Shown here piece after piece: positions 49,815-61,507 of a stretch of DNA of 64,000 nucleotides. The notes beneath the pieces are model-generated. The model saw nothing but the letters and a program-made list of their open reading frames with translations. It made no database searches and had not been told where the DNA came from. The stretch's first letter is position 1; each line of letters starts with the position of its first letter. The stretch lies in NCBI GenBank assembly GCA_965603825.1, contig CBFDEM010000054.1, positions 310,001 to 374,000 on the forward strand. Reading direction: 5' to 3'. Made by a program: the position numbers and the translations under genes. Origin of the DNA: Blepharisma stoltei ATCC 30299. Its lineage: Eukaryota; Protista; Ciliophora.

Positions 49815-50390
49815 ATGAAGTCTAATTCTATACAAAAGCCAAGGCATATTAAAAAATCAGCCAAAAAGCCTGCAAAAACTAAAAAGCTTAGCATGGTAAT
49901 CAATTCTCCTGAAAAAGTCCCAAAGATTCTATCACCTTTATACAACGCAAATATTATAACGTTGTCGAGAAGCAGAATTGAAAAACCAAATCGAAAATTT
50001 TCTGGCCTAAATAGTTCCTATCAAAACCGTATGGATAATACACTGCTTTCTGAATATATTTTTAATGATAAAAGACAGATGAAGTTAAGCGACAGATCAG
50101 ATAAAGATGCAAATCCATCAACTACTAGAAGCACAGCGCCTATCGATGACAGTTATGGAAAAACGTTTAATACTGCTACAAATAGATACTCTCCTGTTTC
50201 CAGGCACATAGAACTCCCAAGAATAAAAAATAAACAAATAATGATTGAATTTTCCCCTGTAAGATTTGCAGATACCGAAGAGAGCGATATTCCGATTGAA
50301 ATTCTCCCGATTTTGCCGATGACAAATAAAATTTTAAGATCGAGCCTTCAAGGTGCCAAATTTATGTTGGATAAACGATTAAACCAGTAA
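49815..50390 (+). CDS. 191-aa basic disordered hypothetical protein
   Basis: Clean ORF, ATG to TAA. Confidence 0.7.
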   Translation: MKSNSIQKPRHIKKSAKKPAKTKKLSMVINSPEKVPKILSPLYNANIITLSRSRIEKPNRKFSGLNSSYQNRMDNTLLSEYIFNDKRQMKLSDRSDKDANPSTTRSTAPIDDSYGKTFNTATNRYSPVSRHIELPRIKNKQIMIEFSPVRFADTEESDIPIEILPILPMTNKILRSSLQGAKFMLDKRLNQ

Positions 50391-50402
50391 ATGTATATTA
50401 AT

Positions 50403-50849
50403 TTAAAATTTTTTTACCAGCATCTTGATTGCTCCTAATGTTTCTAGAGCATCCTCACATATCTTTTCATCTAGTTCTCTCCTAAATAATATTTACATTT
50501 GCATAATTTGATATAAGTTATCAATGACTGAATTGGTATCAGAAAGCGCTGCATCAAGTCTCATCAATTCATTATTTATCTTAATTTGTGCGAAACTTTC
50601 CATAGATTGTAGATCAATCATCTGACTTGGAACTTCTTCCTTTGGTTTTTCAAATATTCCTGTAATTTTAGAAAAATCTACATGCTTGATTTTGTTTACA
50701 AATTTTTTCGTTTTATCTTTAAGCATTACTGCAATACTACTTTTGTTTTCAGACTGCTTTTCTAAAACAGATTCCTCTATATCACTAGTAAATATAATTT
50801 CTCTTGGGTTAGATATTTGATGATTTAGACTTTGGTCTTCTTTTGACAT
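50403..50849 (-). CDS. 143-aa hypothetical protein, one intron
   Basis: Splicing extends the ORF with RELDEKICEDALETLGAIKMLVKKF*. Confidence 0.7.
50482..50496 (-). other. 15-nt spliceosomal intron (phase 2)
   Basis: GTAAATATTATTTAG, A at position 10. The donor G-TAA supplies the in-frame stop. Confidence 0.8.
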
Positions 50850-50963
50850 ATTCTTAGAATTATATTATGTATTAAAATAGATTTATCATAAATAATTTAT
50901 ATAGTTTCCTGCATATTATTTTTGAAAATAACTAATAATAATGTTTTATTTTAATTTAAATCT

Positions 50964-53531
50964 TTAAGCAAGAATAATTTCTTGAGGTAAAGAAATATCC
51001 AAATTCAGAGTCATTTTGAGTACGTTATTTTCATGAATACCAGCCTCGTTCAGTAAATAATTTACGTCATTTTTCTTAGGTAGTCCATAAACTTTAATTC
51101 CTGTTAAGAAATTCATTTCTTTCAAATACCCTAGAGTATTTGGAGAAATTTTCAATTTAATATGCCCATCGCTATCTGGCCCTACAGTTAAATTGTACAT
51201 CGTATAATTTTTATTAGCAATAGTATTTAAGCTCAGTCCATCATCAACATAATAATACCCAGAGGCTGTTTGATTGCTAGCCAATGCAATAACTAACTCA
51301 ATTCCTTGGCTTCTCATACTTGTAAGGCTCATAGCAGAAGCAGAATTTTGAGTTGGTACAATATAACCGCCTCTGATAATTACATTTATTTTGTCGATTG
51401 GTGCATCTAGTTGAATATTTCCCGACTCAATTGGATCGCCTGTAAAAAAATCATACCACAAAGTAGTATTAGGGAGAGTCACATTAACTGAAGTTTGGCC
51501 TTCATATAGTGCTGGAGCTATAACAAGGGCCTGGCCAAGCATAAATTGTTCTTGGTTGCTGTAAAATTCTTCATATTCTGGAAATTCAAAGAACATTGGT
51601 TTGAGGACTGAGCCTCCATTTAAAGCAACTTTGAATATGCAAGAGTACATATAAACGTGCAAATAATATCTCAGCCTTATCATATTGGTTCCTATTTCTT
51701 GGACTAAAGGGCCCAGTGCATAAAGTTCTTGGCTTTGCGCACCAATGTCATTGTGATTTCTGTAAAATGTATAAAATGCTCCTAATTCGAGTCATCTTGA
51801 GCATAGTTCTGGCGTGGTATTGTTATGGAACCCACAAACATCAGCTCCTACAATTGGAATCCCAAAAATCTGGAAATTTAAAATTCCTTGTATTGAATAT
51901 CTAAGCATATCCCACGTCGAATAATTATCTCCGAGCCAATGGAACCCAACAGTTCCATGCCCTGGCCTCGTGCTTCTTGACAATATAAATGCTCTTGTAT
52001 CAAATTTCTTTTGGAGATACTCATTTGTTGCTATAGTTTCCATAGTTCCATACATAGAATGAGTATTGAAAACCACATACAAATTTGATCCATAGTGCTT
52101 AGCTAATAAAGGTAGGAGTTGATCTTCTAGTGAATGATTTCCTGGGGTGTATGGCAAGGTTATTTGAAGCTCAGGATCTGGATAAAATCCTGGGCATTCT
52201 CCATCGCAAAAGCTTGAAGCTTCATTCATATCAATCCAAATCCCATCAAACTGCACACTTTCATGTAAAATATCTAGCATATTGCTCCAATAGCTTGACG
52301 CATTCGGATGGAAAAAATCCACGAAATACGTTTTTCCAGGCCATACGAGTCCAATGAACTCTTCTTGAGTTGTAGGGTTTCTTTTTATGAAAACGTCCAT
52401 TTCAAGTCCAGCTTTCTCTGCAAAATTTCCAGTTTGAGCAATTCCTGCGTCTATGATTGGTACAAAAAATCTTCCTGATGATTTAACATATTGCAGCATG
52501 CTTGACATAGAAGTTAAAGAGTATCTGGAGTAATCCAGTGTAAAGTCTTGGAAATGCTGCATATAGTCAATGTCACTCCATAAGACATCAAATGGAATTC
52601 CATGAGACTCATAACCTGTCACGACATCCCACAAGTCTCCTAATCTTTTGTAGCCCCACCTGCACTGGTGATATCCTAATGCCCAATAAGGAGGAAGCAT
52701 AGGAAGTCCTATTATGGAATGATATTGCTCCAAAACTGCTTCAGGTGTTGGACCTTTAAAGAAATATAAGTCCATAATCCCTCCAATAGTTTTAAAAGCA
52801 ATTCTGCCATTGGAAAATACGACATCCATCGCATTTACATTGTGAAAATAGACGCCATTGGCTGCTCCATTTCTCATTTCAAGATACACAGGGTGATGCC
52901 CATACATATTTTGTCCTCTTTGTCCTTTTCCTGTATCATATGGGCAGTCTTGTGCTAGGCTTCATAAAGTGTAAAAGGTTTCATTAGTGTCAAGCCTAAA
53001 TGACGTTACTCTTTCACCAAGGCCATATATGTTGGGATTGCTGGGAAGAGATGAGCCCACTTCTAGATATAAATTCGAGTACAAAAAGGGTGGAGTAGAC
53101 CTATTTGAAGTGTTTCATAAGACTTCTTGGTCTTCTACTCTGACTACACTGAAGGAAAAAGGATTTTGGGTAATGATTACTTGTGGGTGATTTTGGTTTG
53201 GACCTGGGGTGTTTGGATAATTATCAGGCTCCCAACGCTGATTATTGGCATCTCTTATAGTGACCCTGACGATAGATGATGAGATATAGGTTGCTTGGAA
53301 CAAAAGTTTAGGGATACTTGCACCCATACACTGGTTACCTTCTTGAGATAATGAAATTGTTGCGCTTATAGAGTTAGAGTTGGATATTATATTTGAAGCT
53401 TGATATATCGGATACATGGCTGGGCCTTGACATCCAGAACCATATTCAGCTTTAGATTCTTCAATTGATAATAAATCTCGTTGACTTTTTACAATAACTA
53501 TCAAAAAGCAAGCAAACAGAAAAGTCACCAT
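50964..53531 (-). CDS. GH31 lysosomal-type alpha-glucosidase, 855 aa
   Basis: Signal peptide; YGHHPVY, PPYWALGYHQCRWGY, WSDIDYM, nucleophile WIDMNE, acid/base HWLGDN, R-W(TGA 51792)-LELGAFYTFYRNHN. Confidence 0.95.
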
Positions 53532-53873
53532 ACTAATTTATTCACTTTGTCTGCAAGATAATTTTGTGACGAATTAAATAATAAAAAATTAGCAGATAAC
53601 ATCATTATTTTTATTGATTTTAATGCTATAATATAATAATTAAGGGAAATAATTATCTTTTTCATTAAGGCTATAAATTATTATTTTAAAGGTCATAAAG
53701 AATTTCCATTTACGAAAATCCATAAATTAATATGAAATCATCAGTATCTATCTATGAATACAATATTATTTATTTCACATATTTTTTTTAAGATTCTGGC
53801 TAATTATATCTTAAACAGATTAAAATCGAGATGTAATTTAAATTCTGTAATAAACTAATTTCATATAATTTTA

Positions 53874-54287
53874 ATGGCCAGAACTAAGCAAACAGCTAGA
53901 AAAACCCCATCAGGAAAAACCCCTAAGAAACATTTAGCTTCAAAAGCAGCCAAAAAGGTTTCAGCCACAACAATTTCAGGAGTGAAGAAACCTCATAGAT
54001 TTAGACCTGGCACTGTTGCACTTAGAGAAATCCGTAAGTACCAGAAGAGCACTGAGCTCCTTGTAAGAAAACTCCCATTCCAAAGACTTGTAAGAGAAAT
54101 TGCTCAAGAATACAAAACTGATTTGAGATTCCAAAGCTCTGCAGTTCTAGCCTTACAAGAAGCTGCTGAAGCTTATTTGGTTGGACTATTTGAAGATTCA
54201 AATCTCTGTGCAATCCATGGGAAAAGAGTAACAATTATGCCAAGAGACATGCAACTTGCAAGAAGAATCAGAGGGGAAAGATCCTAA
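53874..54287 (+). CDS. H3: Histone H3 variant with a divergent N-terminal tail, 137 aa
   Basis: ARTKQTARK...[26 protein letters not shown]...RIRGERS. Confidence 0.97.
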   Translation: MARTKQTARKTPSGKTPKKHLASKAAKKVSATTISGVKKPHRFRPGTVALREIRKYQKSTELLVRKLPFQRLVREIAQEYKTDLRFQSSAVLALQEAAEAYLVGLFEDSNLCAIHGKRVTIMPRDMQLARRIRGERS

Positions 54288-54307
54288 TTAAGAATAAAAC
54301 CAATTAA

Positions 54308-54881
54308 TTAGTGCAAAAATGATAGTTTTGTAGCTTGACTGGCATAAGAAAATTTATGTCCTTTTGGAAGTTTTTTATGATGGCTATGATAACACCCTAT
54401 ACAAAAATTTTGATTAGCACATCCTGTGCATGAGCCTTTGGCTTCATTATTGCACCATGAGCATCTGAATCAATCTAATTATCTTTATACCTATCACAAT
54501 TTTTCTATCGCTAGCACCAAGAGGATTTTTGCTGCTTCGTCGCGAGTCTCCTTTTCCCAGTGTTATAAAATTATCTCTCCCGTAGCATGGTTTCATTTCA
54601 ACTTCAATACTTGGTCCGCGTATTGAATTCATGATACTATCACTTATAACTATTTCCTCAACCGATTTCATTTTAGCTCTTCTCATTTGGCTATTTCTTA
54701 ATACACTTCTGTCATTTTTATTGTTTAGGGTGTTTTGCTGATATATCTTTGGTTTATCGTTAGTTATACAAGAATCATAAACTTCCGCACTTTCAGCTGG
54801 ACTTTTGATATCAATAAATCCTGCACTCTGAGTTCTTCTTCCAGTGCAGCACGCTGGTAGTATTTTTTCAATCCAGCTCAT
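54308..54881 (-). CDS. 185-aa protein with N-terminal CC and a C-terminal B-box-type zinc finger, one 16-nt intron
   Basis: After splicing: D-W(TGA)-FRCSWCNNEAKGSCTGCANQNFCIGCYHSHHKKLPKGHKF. TAA at 54310-54308. Confidence 0.8.
54475..54490 (-). other. 16-nt spliceosomal intron
   Basis: GTATAAAGATAATTAG, A at position 11. Removal shifts the frame into the zinc finger. Confidence 0.82.
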
Positions 54882-54928
54882 TTTATAATATAAATTATCA
54901 ACTTATGCTAAACGTTTACTGATCTAAG

Positions 54929-55585
54929 TTATTGGCAGCATTTGGCTTCTACTCTAGGTGTTCTTCCAAAAGAAACTTTTTCTTCATTTATGTCGATGCG
55001 TCTAGTTGGACCAATAGAGCTTTGTAAGGTCTTTTTAATCCCAATTACGTTTCTGATGGTCAATTGATAAATTTCATTCAAAATTCTCTCAAAAGCCAAA
55101 TTTACATTACTCGCATCCATAGCTGAGGTCTCAATAAAAGCTAAATTATGCTTCTGTGAATACCCTGCCCCTTCTTCGGTCCTAACAGCTCTAAGATGTT
55201 TTAAGTCTGTTTTATTGCCAACTAGCATTACTACAGTTTGAGAATCTGCATGATCTTTGAGCTCTTTAAGCCATCTTTCAACATTTTCGAAAGAAGTTGG
55301 CTTGCAGACATCATAAACTAATAGAGCACCAACTGCGCCACGATAATAGGCAGATGTGATCGCTCGATAACGCTCTTGGCCTGCTGTATCCCAAATTTGG
55401 GCTTTGATAGTCTTCTCATCTATTATGACACTTTTTTGGGCAAATTCGACTCCTATTGTGGTCTTCGACTCTAAATTGAACTCGTTTTTGGTAAATCGTG
55501 AGAGTAGGTTGGACTTCCCGACGCCTGAGTCTCCTATAAGAACTATTTTAAAGAGATAGTCATAATCATCGTCACCTCTCATCAT
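54929..55585 (-). CDS. RAB11: Rab11-family GTPase, 218 aa
   Basis: [59 protein letters not shown]-terminal CCQ. Confidence 0.96.
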   Translation of the reverse strand: MMRGDDDYDYLFKIVLIGDSGVGKSNLLSRFTKNEFNLESKTTIGVEFAQKSVIIDEKTIKAQIWDTAGQERYRAITSAYYRGAVGALLVYDVCKPTSFENVERWLKELKDHADSQTVVMLVGNKTDLKHLRAVRTEEGAGYSQKHNLAFIETSAMDASNVNLAFERILNEIYQLTIRNVIGIKKTLQSSIGPTRRIDINEEKVSFGRTPRVEAKCCQ

Positions 55586-55915
55586 TTTATTCAAAAAAAT
55601 AATATCGATATTCCTGTATTAAGGAAAAATTCCAAAAAGTATATCATGTCGATATCGTGAAATTAATGAATTAGAAATAAAATCGTGTAATTTTCTGAGT
55701 TTAAAATGACTTATAAAACAATTATTCAAATCTTGACAATAATATATAATACTCTACAGACGTTAATCTACTATAAAGCTTTAAATATCTCTTAAGTGTA
55801 TGTTTTAATATTTAGCTTACCTTTTATAAGAAATATTTTATTGTTAATTAATACTCAAAACCTAACCCTGATCTTTACCCATGGCGAATCACTCATACTG
55901 AATAAATCTAATATT

Positions 55916-57562
55916 ATGGCAGAGAGAATTAAATCTCTCACTCCAGATCTGAAGTGTAAAACCCAAAGAGACCAAGTCCAAGCTCATAGAAGCCATGAAA
56001 GTAAAATCCCAGAGCTACCGAACATCTATAAGCAGCTGGAAGTAAAAACAGAAACAAATGCACGAAGCTCTTCAACATTACATACAGGGAAATCTTATTT
56101 CAGTTTTTCATCACGACTCCATGAAAGGCAAGCTATTGTTGGTTCAAAAATGATACAGCGGATAAAGAGATTGAAGCCAATTGATCCGAAGCCTGCACAA
56201 AATACTATCAATATATTAAATAAGGGTATAGCAAGTCCAGTAAAAGCCGGAGAAATTGACCAACAAGAAGACAAAAATATAAAAATTTATGAATTGATTC
56301 ATTCTTTCGGAGGCTTTTCAATAAAAATAAATACAGCTATCGTTGAATATTTTAGCACAAGCAAAAGAACTCTGATTCCACTCAATGACTTACCATATGT
56401 GCTATATGAAAAATCAGAAACAAAAATCGCTGAAAAAATAAAAAAATACACTGATGAAAACGAGGAATGGCTAAATAATGCTTATGGGTTAAGCTTAATT
56501 TATATGTCATTACCTTTAGATTACCCGCACTCCATTTATAGATATAAATTTGAAAGAATCTTAATTTTGCTCACTCCAACAGCAACAAGGAATAATAAAC
56601 GCGATGAAATTTCTATAAAGTTCTTTTCTAAAGGACTATTGCTTAAAGATTACAAAAACATCACTTTAACTGATCAAATGATGGAAAAACTATTTTTAGA
56701 AAAAATGTCAGATATGGAGAATAAAGTAGTTGAAGCAATGTGCTGAGAAGGTTTTGAAGCATCCAAAGTGCTTCGCAATATTTGTGAGATAAATGAAAGT
56801 ATAAATGAATCTTTATTAAAACCTGAAGAAGTAATGCCAAGGGTGAAAGTAGTTTTCACAGCAGAAGAAATTAAAGGGTGAGATTTTCCGCATCAAAAGC
56901 AGTCAATTGCCTTTGGAAGTCTGTTTAACTTATATTTTCCTTTGATTAAAATAAGCCTTGCCGATTTTAATCAAGAAATTTCAATTCCTTTAGGATTACT
57001 CAAAAGGATTCTGCAGGATAATATGGTCAACTGAGTCCCAATACTGATGAATTACTTCTATAGCCGCAATTCTTTGTATAAAGTTGGAAATCAATCGACT
57101 TGGATAAGTTTTATAAAATACAGAGAAGATGACACTATTTTAATATTTAAAGGTCCTCAATTATTATTAGAAAGTAACGGAGTATACATCAAACATAATT
57201 TTTCTATTCGAGAAATTCCAATTTTACTTGATATTTCTGCCAACCATAGATCTAAATTTCTTAAATTCATCATTAGTCAATCTACTATAGAAAGAGGATT
57301 GAATAATGAATGAAATATAAATATAGATATTAGCAATTATAAGCCTACTGGAAAATTGTCTGTACTAAAAAGCCTTGATGAAGAACTCGAAGTATTAAAT
57401 CTCAGAATTAGGGTCCAATTCAAACTACCTCAAGTAGAATTGTATATGCTTAACACCAAAACAAAAGATTCAAGAATCGTAAAGAATGAAATTTGTCAAG
57501 GGTTTGCTATCAATAATTTTCGGAATTGGGACCAAGAATTACTATTTCTTTTCAATCAATAA
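55916..57562 (+). CDS. 548-aa hypothetical protein
   Basis: Three ORFs in one frame joined by 4 TGA=Trp. Ends TAA. Confidence 0.75.
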
Positions 57563-57703
57563 TGAATTTAAAAATAACGATTATTTTTAAGTTCTATAAG
57601 AACTGTTTCTATATTAATAAATAATAATATCTTGTTTGTATATATATTTTGTTCATTTTTTCTGATAAATTAAATACTTCATTTAATTTCAACAATAAAA
57701 ATA

Positions 57704-58423
57704 ATGATAAAAGATATCAATACTGATGAATTTTTTGAGTTTTCTGAAATGCAGGATTCTTCAACTTATTTAACAATTCCAAAGCGGTCACATTGGAATC
57801 TCCTCAGAAATGTAGTCAAAGCAATATCATTATTTCGAAATCAAGAAATAAAAACATATGACGATATAGATGAACTCTTAGCAGAAATCAAGCGACTTCC
57901 TACAAATGAAGAATATAAGGAAAGCCAAGAGACTCAGCTCGAGTGCTCTCCATTTCAAATTGCTATAAATGATCTAAGAAATCAAGACAAATTTTTTAGT
58001 GCTGTTGAAAGAGGCAACTCAGAGGACCTGAAAGCTATTAGTGAATATATAGCTAACGATCCTTATCGATATTTGAGGCTGCCTAATCATCCATTTTCAA
58101 TAGTAAATAAAAGAAATCGGTTTGGCCACACTCCTCTTTATATTGCTTGTAAAAATGCTAATTATGATGTAGTAGAGCTATTATTAAAAAATAATGCAGA
58201 TCCTTTAATTACATCCAAGGTTGAAGAAAGCTATGAAAATTGTCTGGATGTCGCTGTAAGGTGGAGGCATGTAAAAATTGTTGAACTTCTTTTGACTAAA
58301 GAGTGGCCAAGGGATATTATTCAGAGAGCAATCGATAAATGCACACAGGAAAAGATAAAAGCAATGCTGAAAACAAAAATTAAGAAAACAAAAAATAAAG
58401 GAAAATGCTTTTGCGTTAAATAG
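57704..58423 (+). CDS. 239-aa ankyrin-repeat protein with a polybasic Cys tail
   Basis: NRFGHTPLYIACKNANYDVVELLLKNNADP; tail KKTKNKGKCFCVK. Confidence 0.85.
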   Translation: MIKDINTDEFFEFSEMQDSSTYLTIPKRSHWNLLRNVVKAISLFRNQEIKTYDDIDELLAEIKRLPTNEEYKESQETQLECSPFQIAINDLRNQDKFFSAVERGNSEDLKAISEYIANDPYRYLRLPNHPFSIVNKRNRFGHTPLYIACKNANYDVVELLLKNNADPLITSKVEESYENCLDVAVRWRHVKIVELLLTKEWPRDIIQRAIDKCTQEKIKAMLKTKIKKTKNKGKCFCVK

Positions 58424-58551
58424 CACAAGGATTTCAGTGAAATTATGAAATAATGAATAGCATATTGGTAGATAAGCTAATTATTTTAAAATTTTTTTTT
58501 CCTCTTCATGGTATATTAATTTTCGAAATTAATTCAGTTTCGAATATTTAA

Positions 58552-60213
58552 ATGAGTGAAAAGCCTCCCAAAAAATCTTCAGGAAAAAAAGGTAAATCAG
58601 GTAAATCAAGCAAAAGAAGATCATCTAGAAGTGCAAGCCCAGTTTCAAAGTCACCTAAATCTCCTAGTTCCCCAAAATCTCCTAGTTCTCCTAAGTCGCC
58701 AAAATCAAGATCAAGCAGCCCAGACAGTTTAAAGCGGGCTGATTCTCCTAAAGCTCGCTCAATTCCGCAGCCAGATTCTCACTCTCTCTGCCAAACCCAC
58801 CTTAAGCCTTACAAATTCTACTCAGAAACATTCGAAAGTCCTATTTGCGAAGACTGTCTCTCCTCTTCTGCTAACAATAGTGTTCATTCAAAAATAATTC
58901 CTCTTGAAGAAGCCCATCGTTACCGCCTAGCTTCTGTTTACAACACCTTAAATTCTCATTTATTCAATAAGCGTGACCAATTACTCAATCAAATCCGTAG
59001 GGTTGAGTATCGGCTCGAAGAAATAAAAAGAGTCAAAGAAATGATAGAAAGAGACATCAAAAGCGAATTCTCAGCAATGAATGAAAGGCTAAACTCATCA
59101 TATGGCACCAAAGTAGCAATTTTACAACATGATATAGCAGAACTTAAAGGAGATTTTGATAGGATTAATAGTATCATTACATCCGTGGAAAGTTCTGGAC
59201 AAGATATCATAGGGTTTTTGCAACAAGCACCTCATTTAAGAGATGCTATTGAAATATCTGTAGTGAAACCGTTTAGGACTGATATTGATGTGTATCATGA
59301 AAGTTTGCCAAGAGAGCTTGCTGAAATTAGGCAAATAATAGAAAAATTCCCAGCATTTAAAGAGCTTGTGGGCTTTAAGGATGAACTTATATGGAAATTA
59401 ATACATGAAAAAAATATAAGTGGAGATGCCGATTCAGCAACTCAAAAGGAACTAGCGGAGTGAGCACGGCTTACAGAAAAGTTTTCCCAAGAGCTCGAAA
59501 AGTTTAAACTAAATTGTGAATACTGCGGAGTTCCTCTGGACGAAGAAACTGTTAACTCCAATTGTGTAAGAAACTCATCATATAGCTCAAAACCACAAGA
59601 AAATTCAGCATCTTCTGGATATAATGGTAGTGGTAGGCACTTTTTCTCAAAAAACAAGCCTAAACCTCGTCAAGACCAAATATTTACTCCTCCTTCTCCA
59701 CCTCCTCAATATTTTACTCAGAGCCAGCCACCCCCAGAAAGAGACATAGATACTACTATTCGTATAATTGGCCAGATTTCAAGAGAACGAGGGATTTCCC
59801 TTGAAAATGCCTTTAGATCTTGTGATGTTCTAAATTTAGGAGTTATCAGCACTACTGACTTTTATCAAGTTTTATCATCACAATTTGGACTCTCAAGCAA
59901 CCAAATAAATTCTTTAGTTACACAATATGACCTATCCCGAAATGGAAGAATTCAATATACTGAATTAATAAGAGATACACTGGGTGAAATTCCGCCTGCT
60001 CTTGATAAACTGAAACTTAAAGCAGGAAGCTTTTTAGATGCCTGCAGAAAAGCTGATATTTTGACTGAAGGAGTTTTAAAGCAAGATACTTTTAAAGAGA
60101 TTCTTAGACAGCAAGGACTAAATCAGGAAGAAATCAGGCAGGTAATTGGGATCAGCGATTTGAACACTCAAGGCTTGGTGCAATATTTAAACTTTTATAA
60201 TAGAATAAAATAA
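58552..60213 (+). CDS. 553-aa protein: SP-rich basic N-terminus, B-box, coiled coil, CxxC motif and EF-hand-like C-terminus
   Basis: Reads through TGA 59461 for 250 further codons to TAA TAA. Contains CQTH...ICEDC...H, CEYC, and loops DVLNLGVISTTDF, DLSRNGRIQYTEL, DLNTQGLVQYLNF. Confidence 0.85.
58651..58707 (+). repeat. Degenerate 18-nt coding tandem repeat (SPKSPS)n
   Basis: cctaaatctcctagttcc / ccaaaatctcctagttct / cctaagtcgccaaaatca. Confidence 0.7.
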
Positions 60214-60224
60214 TAATTTCTAAA

Positions 60225-61296
60225 ATGAATGACAAGGTCAGCCAAAACCAAAATCGGCTTCAAAATAGACCAATAAGCTCAAGCCTCTATAAGTCAAGCA
60301 CAAATAACGAGGAATGGGACTACAAAAGCTCTCAAAGTGAATTTTTCGCAGTTGATGATGTAAGAGCAATCCAAGAAGCAATCAGAAAGAAACGAAAAGA
60401 AATCCTCGATGCCAAAAAGCGTATTGTGTATGCTGAAGCTCAAATGGTTACAGAAAAACAGAAATCTGAACAATTGGAAACTTTGCTTTGCAACTTGAGA
60501 GGAGAGATGAGAATCATTGAGAGAGGGTCAAATGAAGCACAAGAGGTTGATTTAAGAGAATTTGAAGAAGAAATTAGCAGGAAAAATAAAGAAATCGAAA
60601 TACTTAATAAAAGAATTGAAGAAGGAAAAGCTGAATACAGCAAGCTAAAAGGTTCTTTACAAGTTATGTATGAACACTATCAAGAATTTGTGAATGAAAG
60701 CCAAAAATGCGTAAAAGTTTATATAGAAACAAAAGCTTGAAGATGAAAAACGTAAACTGATTGAAAAGGTAAAAGAAAAAGAAGAAAATGAAAAGCTGGA
60801 AATGGTGGAAAAGAAAATAGAATTGTATAGAGAAATGATGAAAACGCCAAAAATTGAGTCGATAAAATACAAAGAAGAATTGGAAAAAAGAGAAAATAAA
60901 GTGATGGAACTTAAAAAAATTTTGGAAGATTTGAGAAGTGAAAATACAAACATATTGGAATTACTAGGGGAAGGCCAAAAGAAGCCATCACAAGAAATAG
61001 AAAGTACATCACCACTTCAAAGCACATTTTATGGTTTGGCTGATCCATCACAAGATATCAAAAAAACTGAAGAAATTTTACCCAAAAATCCAGCATCCAC
61101 TTTTGAAAAGATTGCAATAAACTCAGAAAATGGTAAGAAAAGCGAGCCAATTATCCAAAGACCTACAAATAAAATAGAAAATGCTCCAATCAAGCTCCCT
61201 AGTCGACCTACAAAATTTGCAAAACCCATCCCAAAGGCCAAAAATATCAAAGATGAATTAAATGATTTTTTTGAAGAAATAAAGCGAGAACACTAA
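60225..61296 (+). CDS. 351-aa coiled-coil protein, one 16-nt intron
   Basis: ORFs 60225 and 60802 are in different frames and are joined exactly by removing the intron. Confidence 0.8.
60711..60726 (+). other. 16-nt spliceosomal intron
   Basis: GTAAAAGTTTATATAG, A at position 11, restores the frame. Confidence 0.85.
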
Positions 61297-61507
61297 GTTT
61301 TATATATGGCTTATTTATCTATTAAAACTAGTAAGCGTTATGCTATATTAAATATCCTTTTAAAGTTCAATCATGTCTAAAAATTACATAAAAGATGTGA
61401 AAATTCTTTAATTAGGAAGACTAATTTATATAATCTCTATTATTTAATACAAGGTTTAAGAGATGAAGAGGTAGTTATAAGACTTATATATCAAATATAA
61501 TTAAGAA

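Noticed and set aside
60142-60155. GTAATTGGGATCAG as an intron
   Set aside because: 14 nt, G-rich, and removal would break an open EF-hand-like frame.
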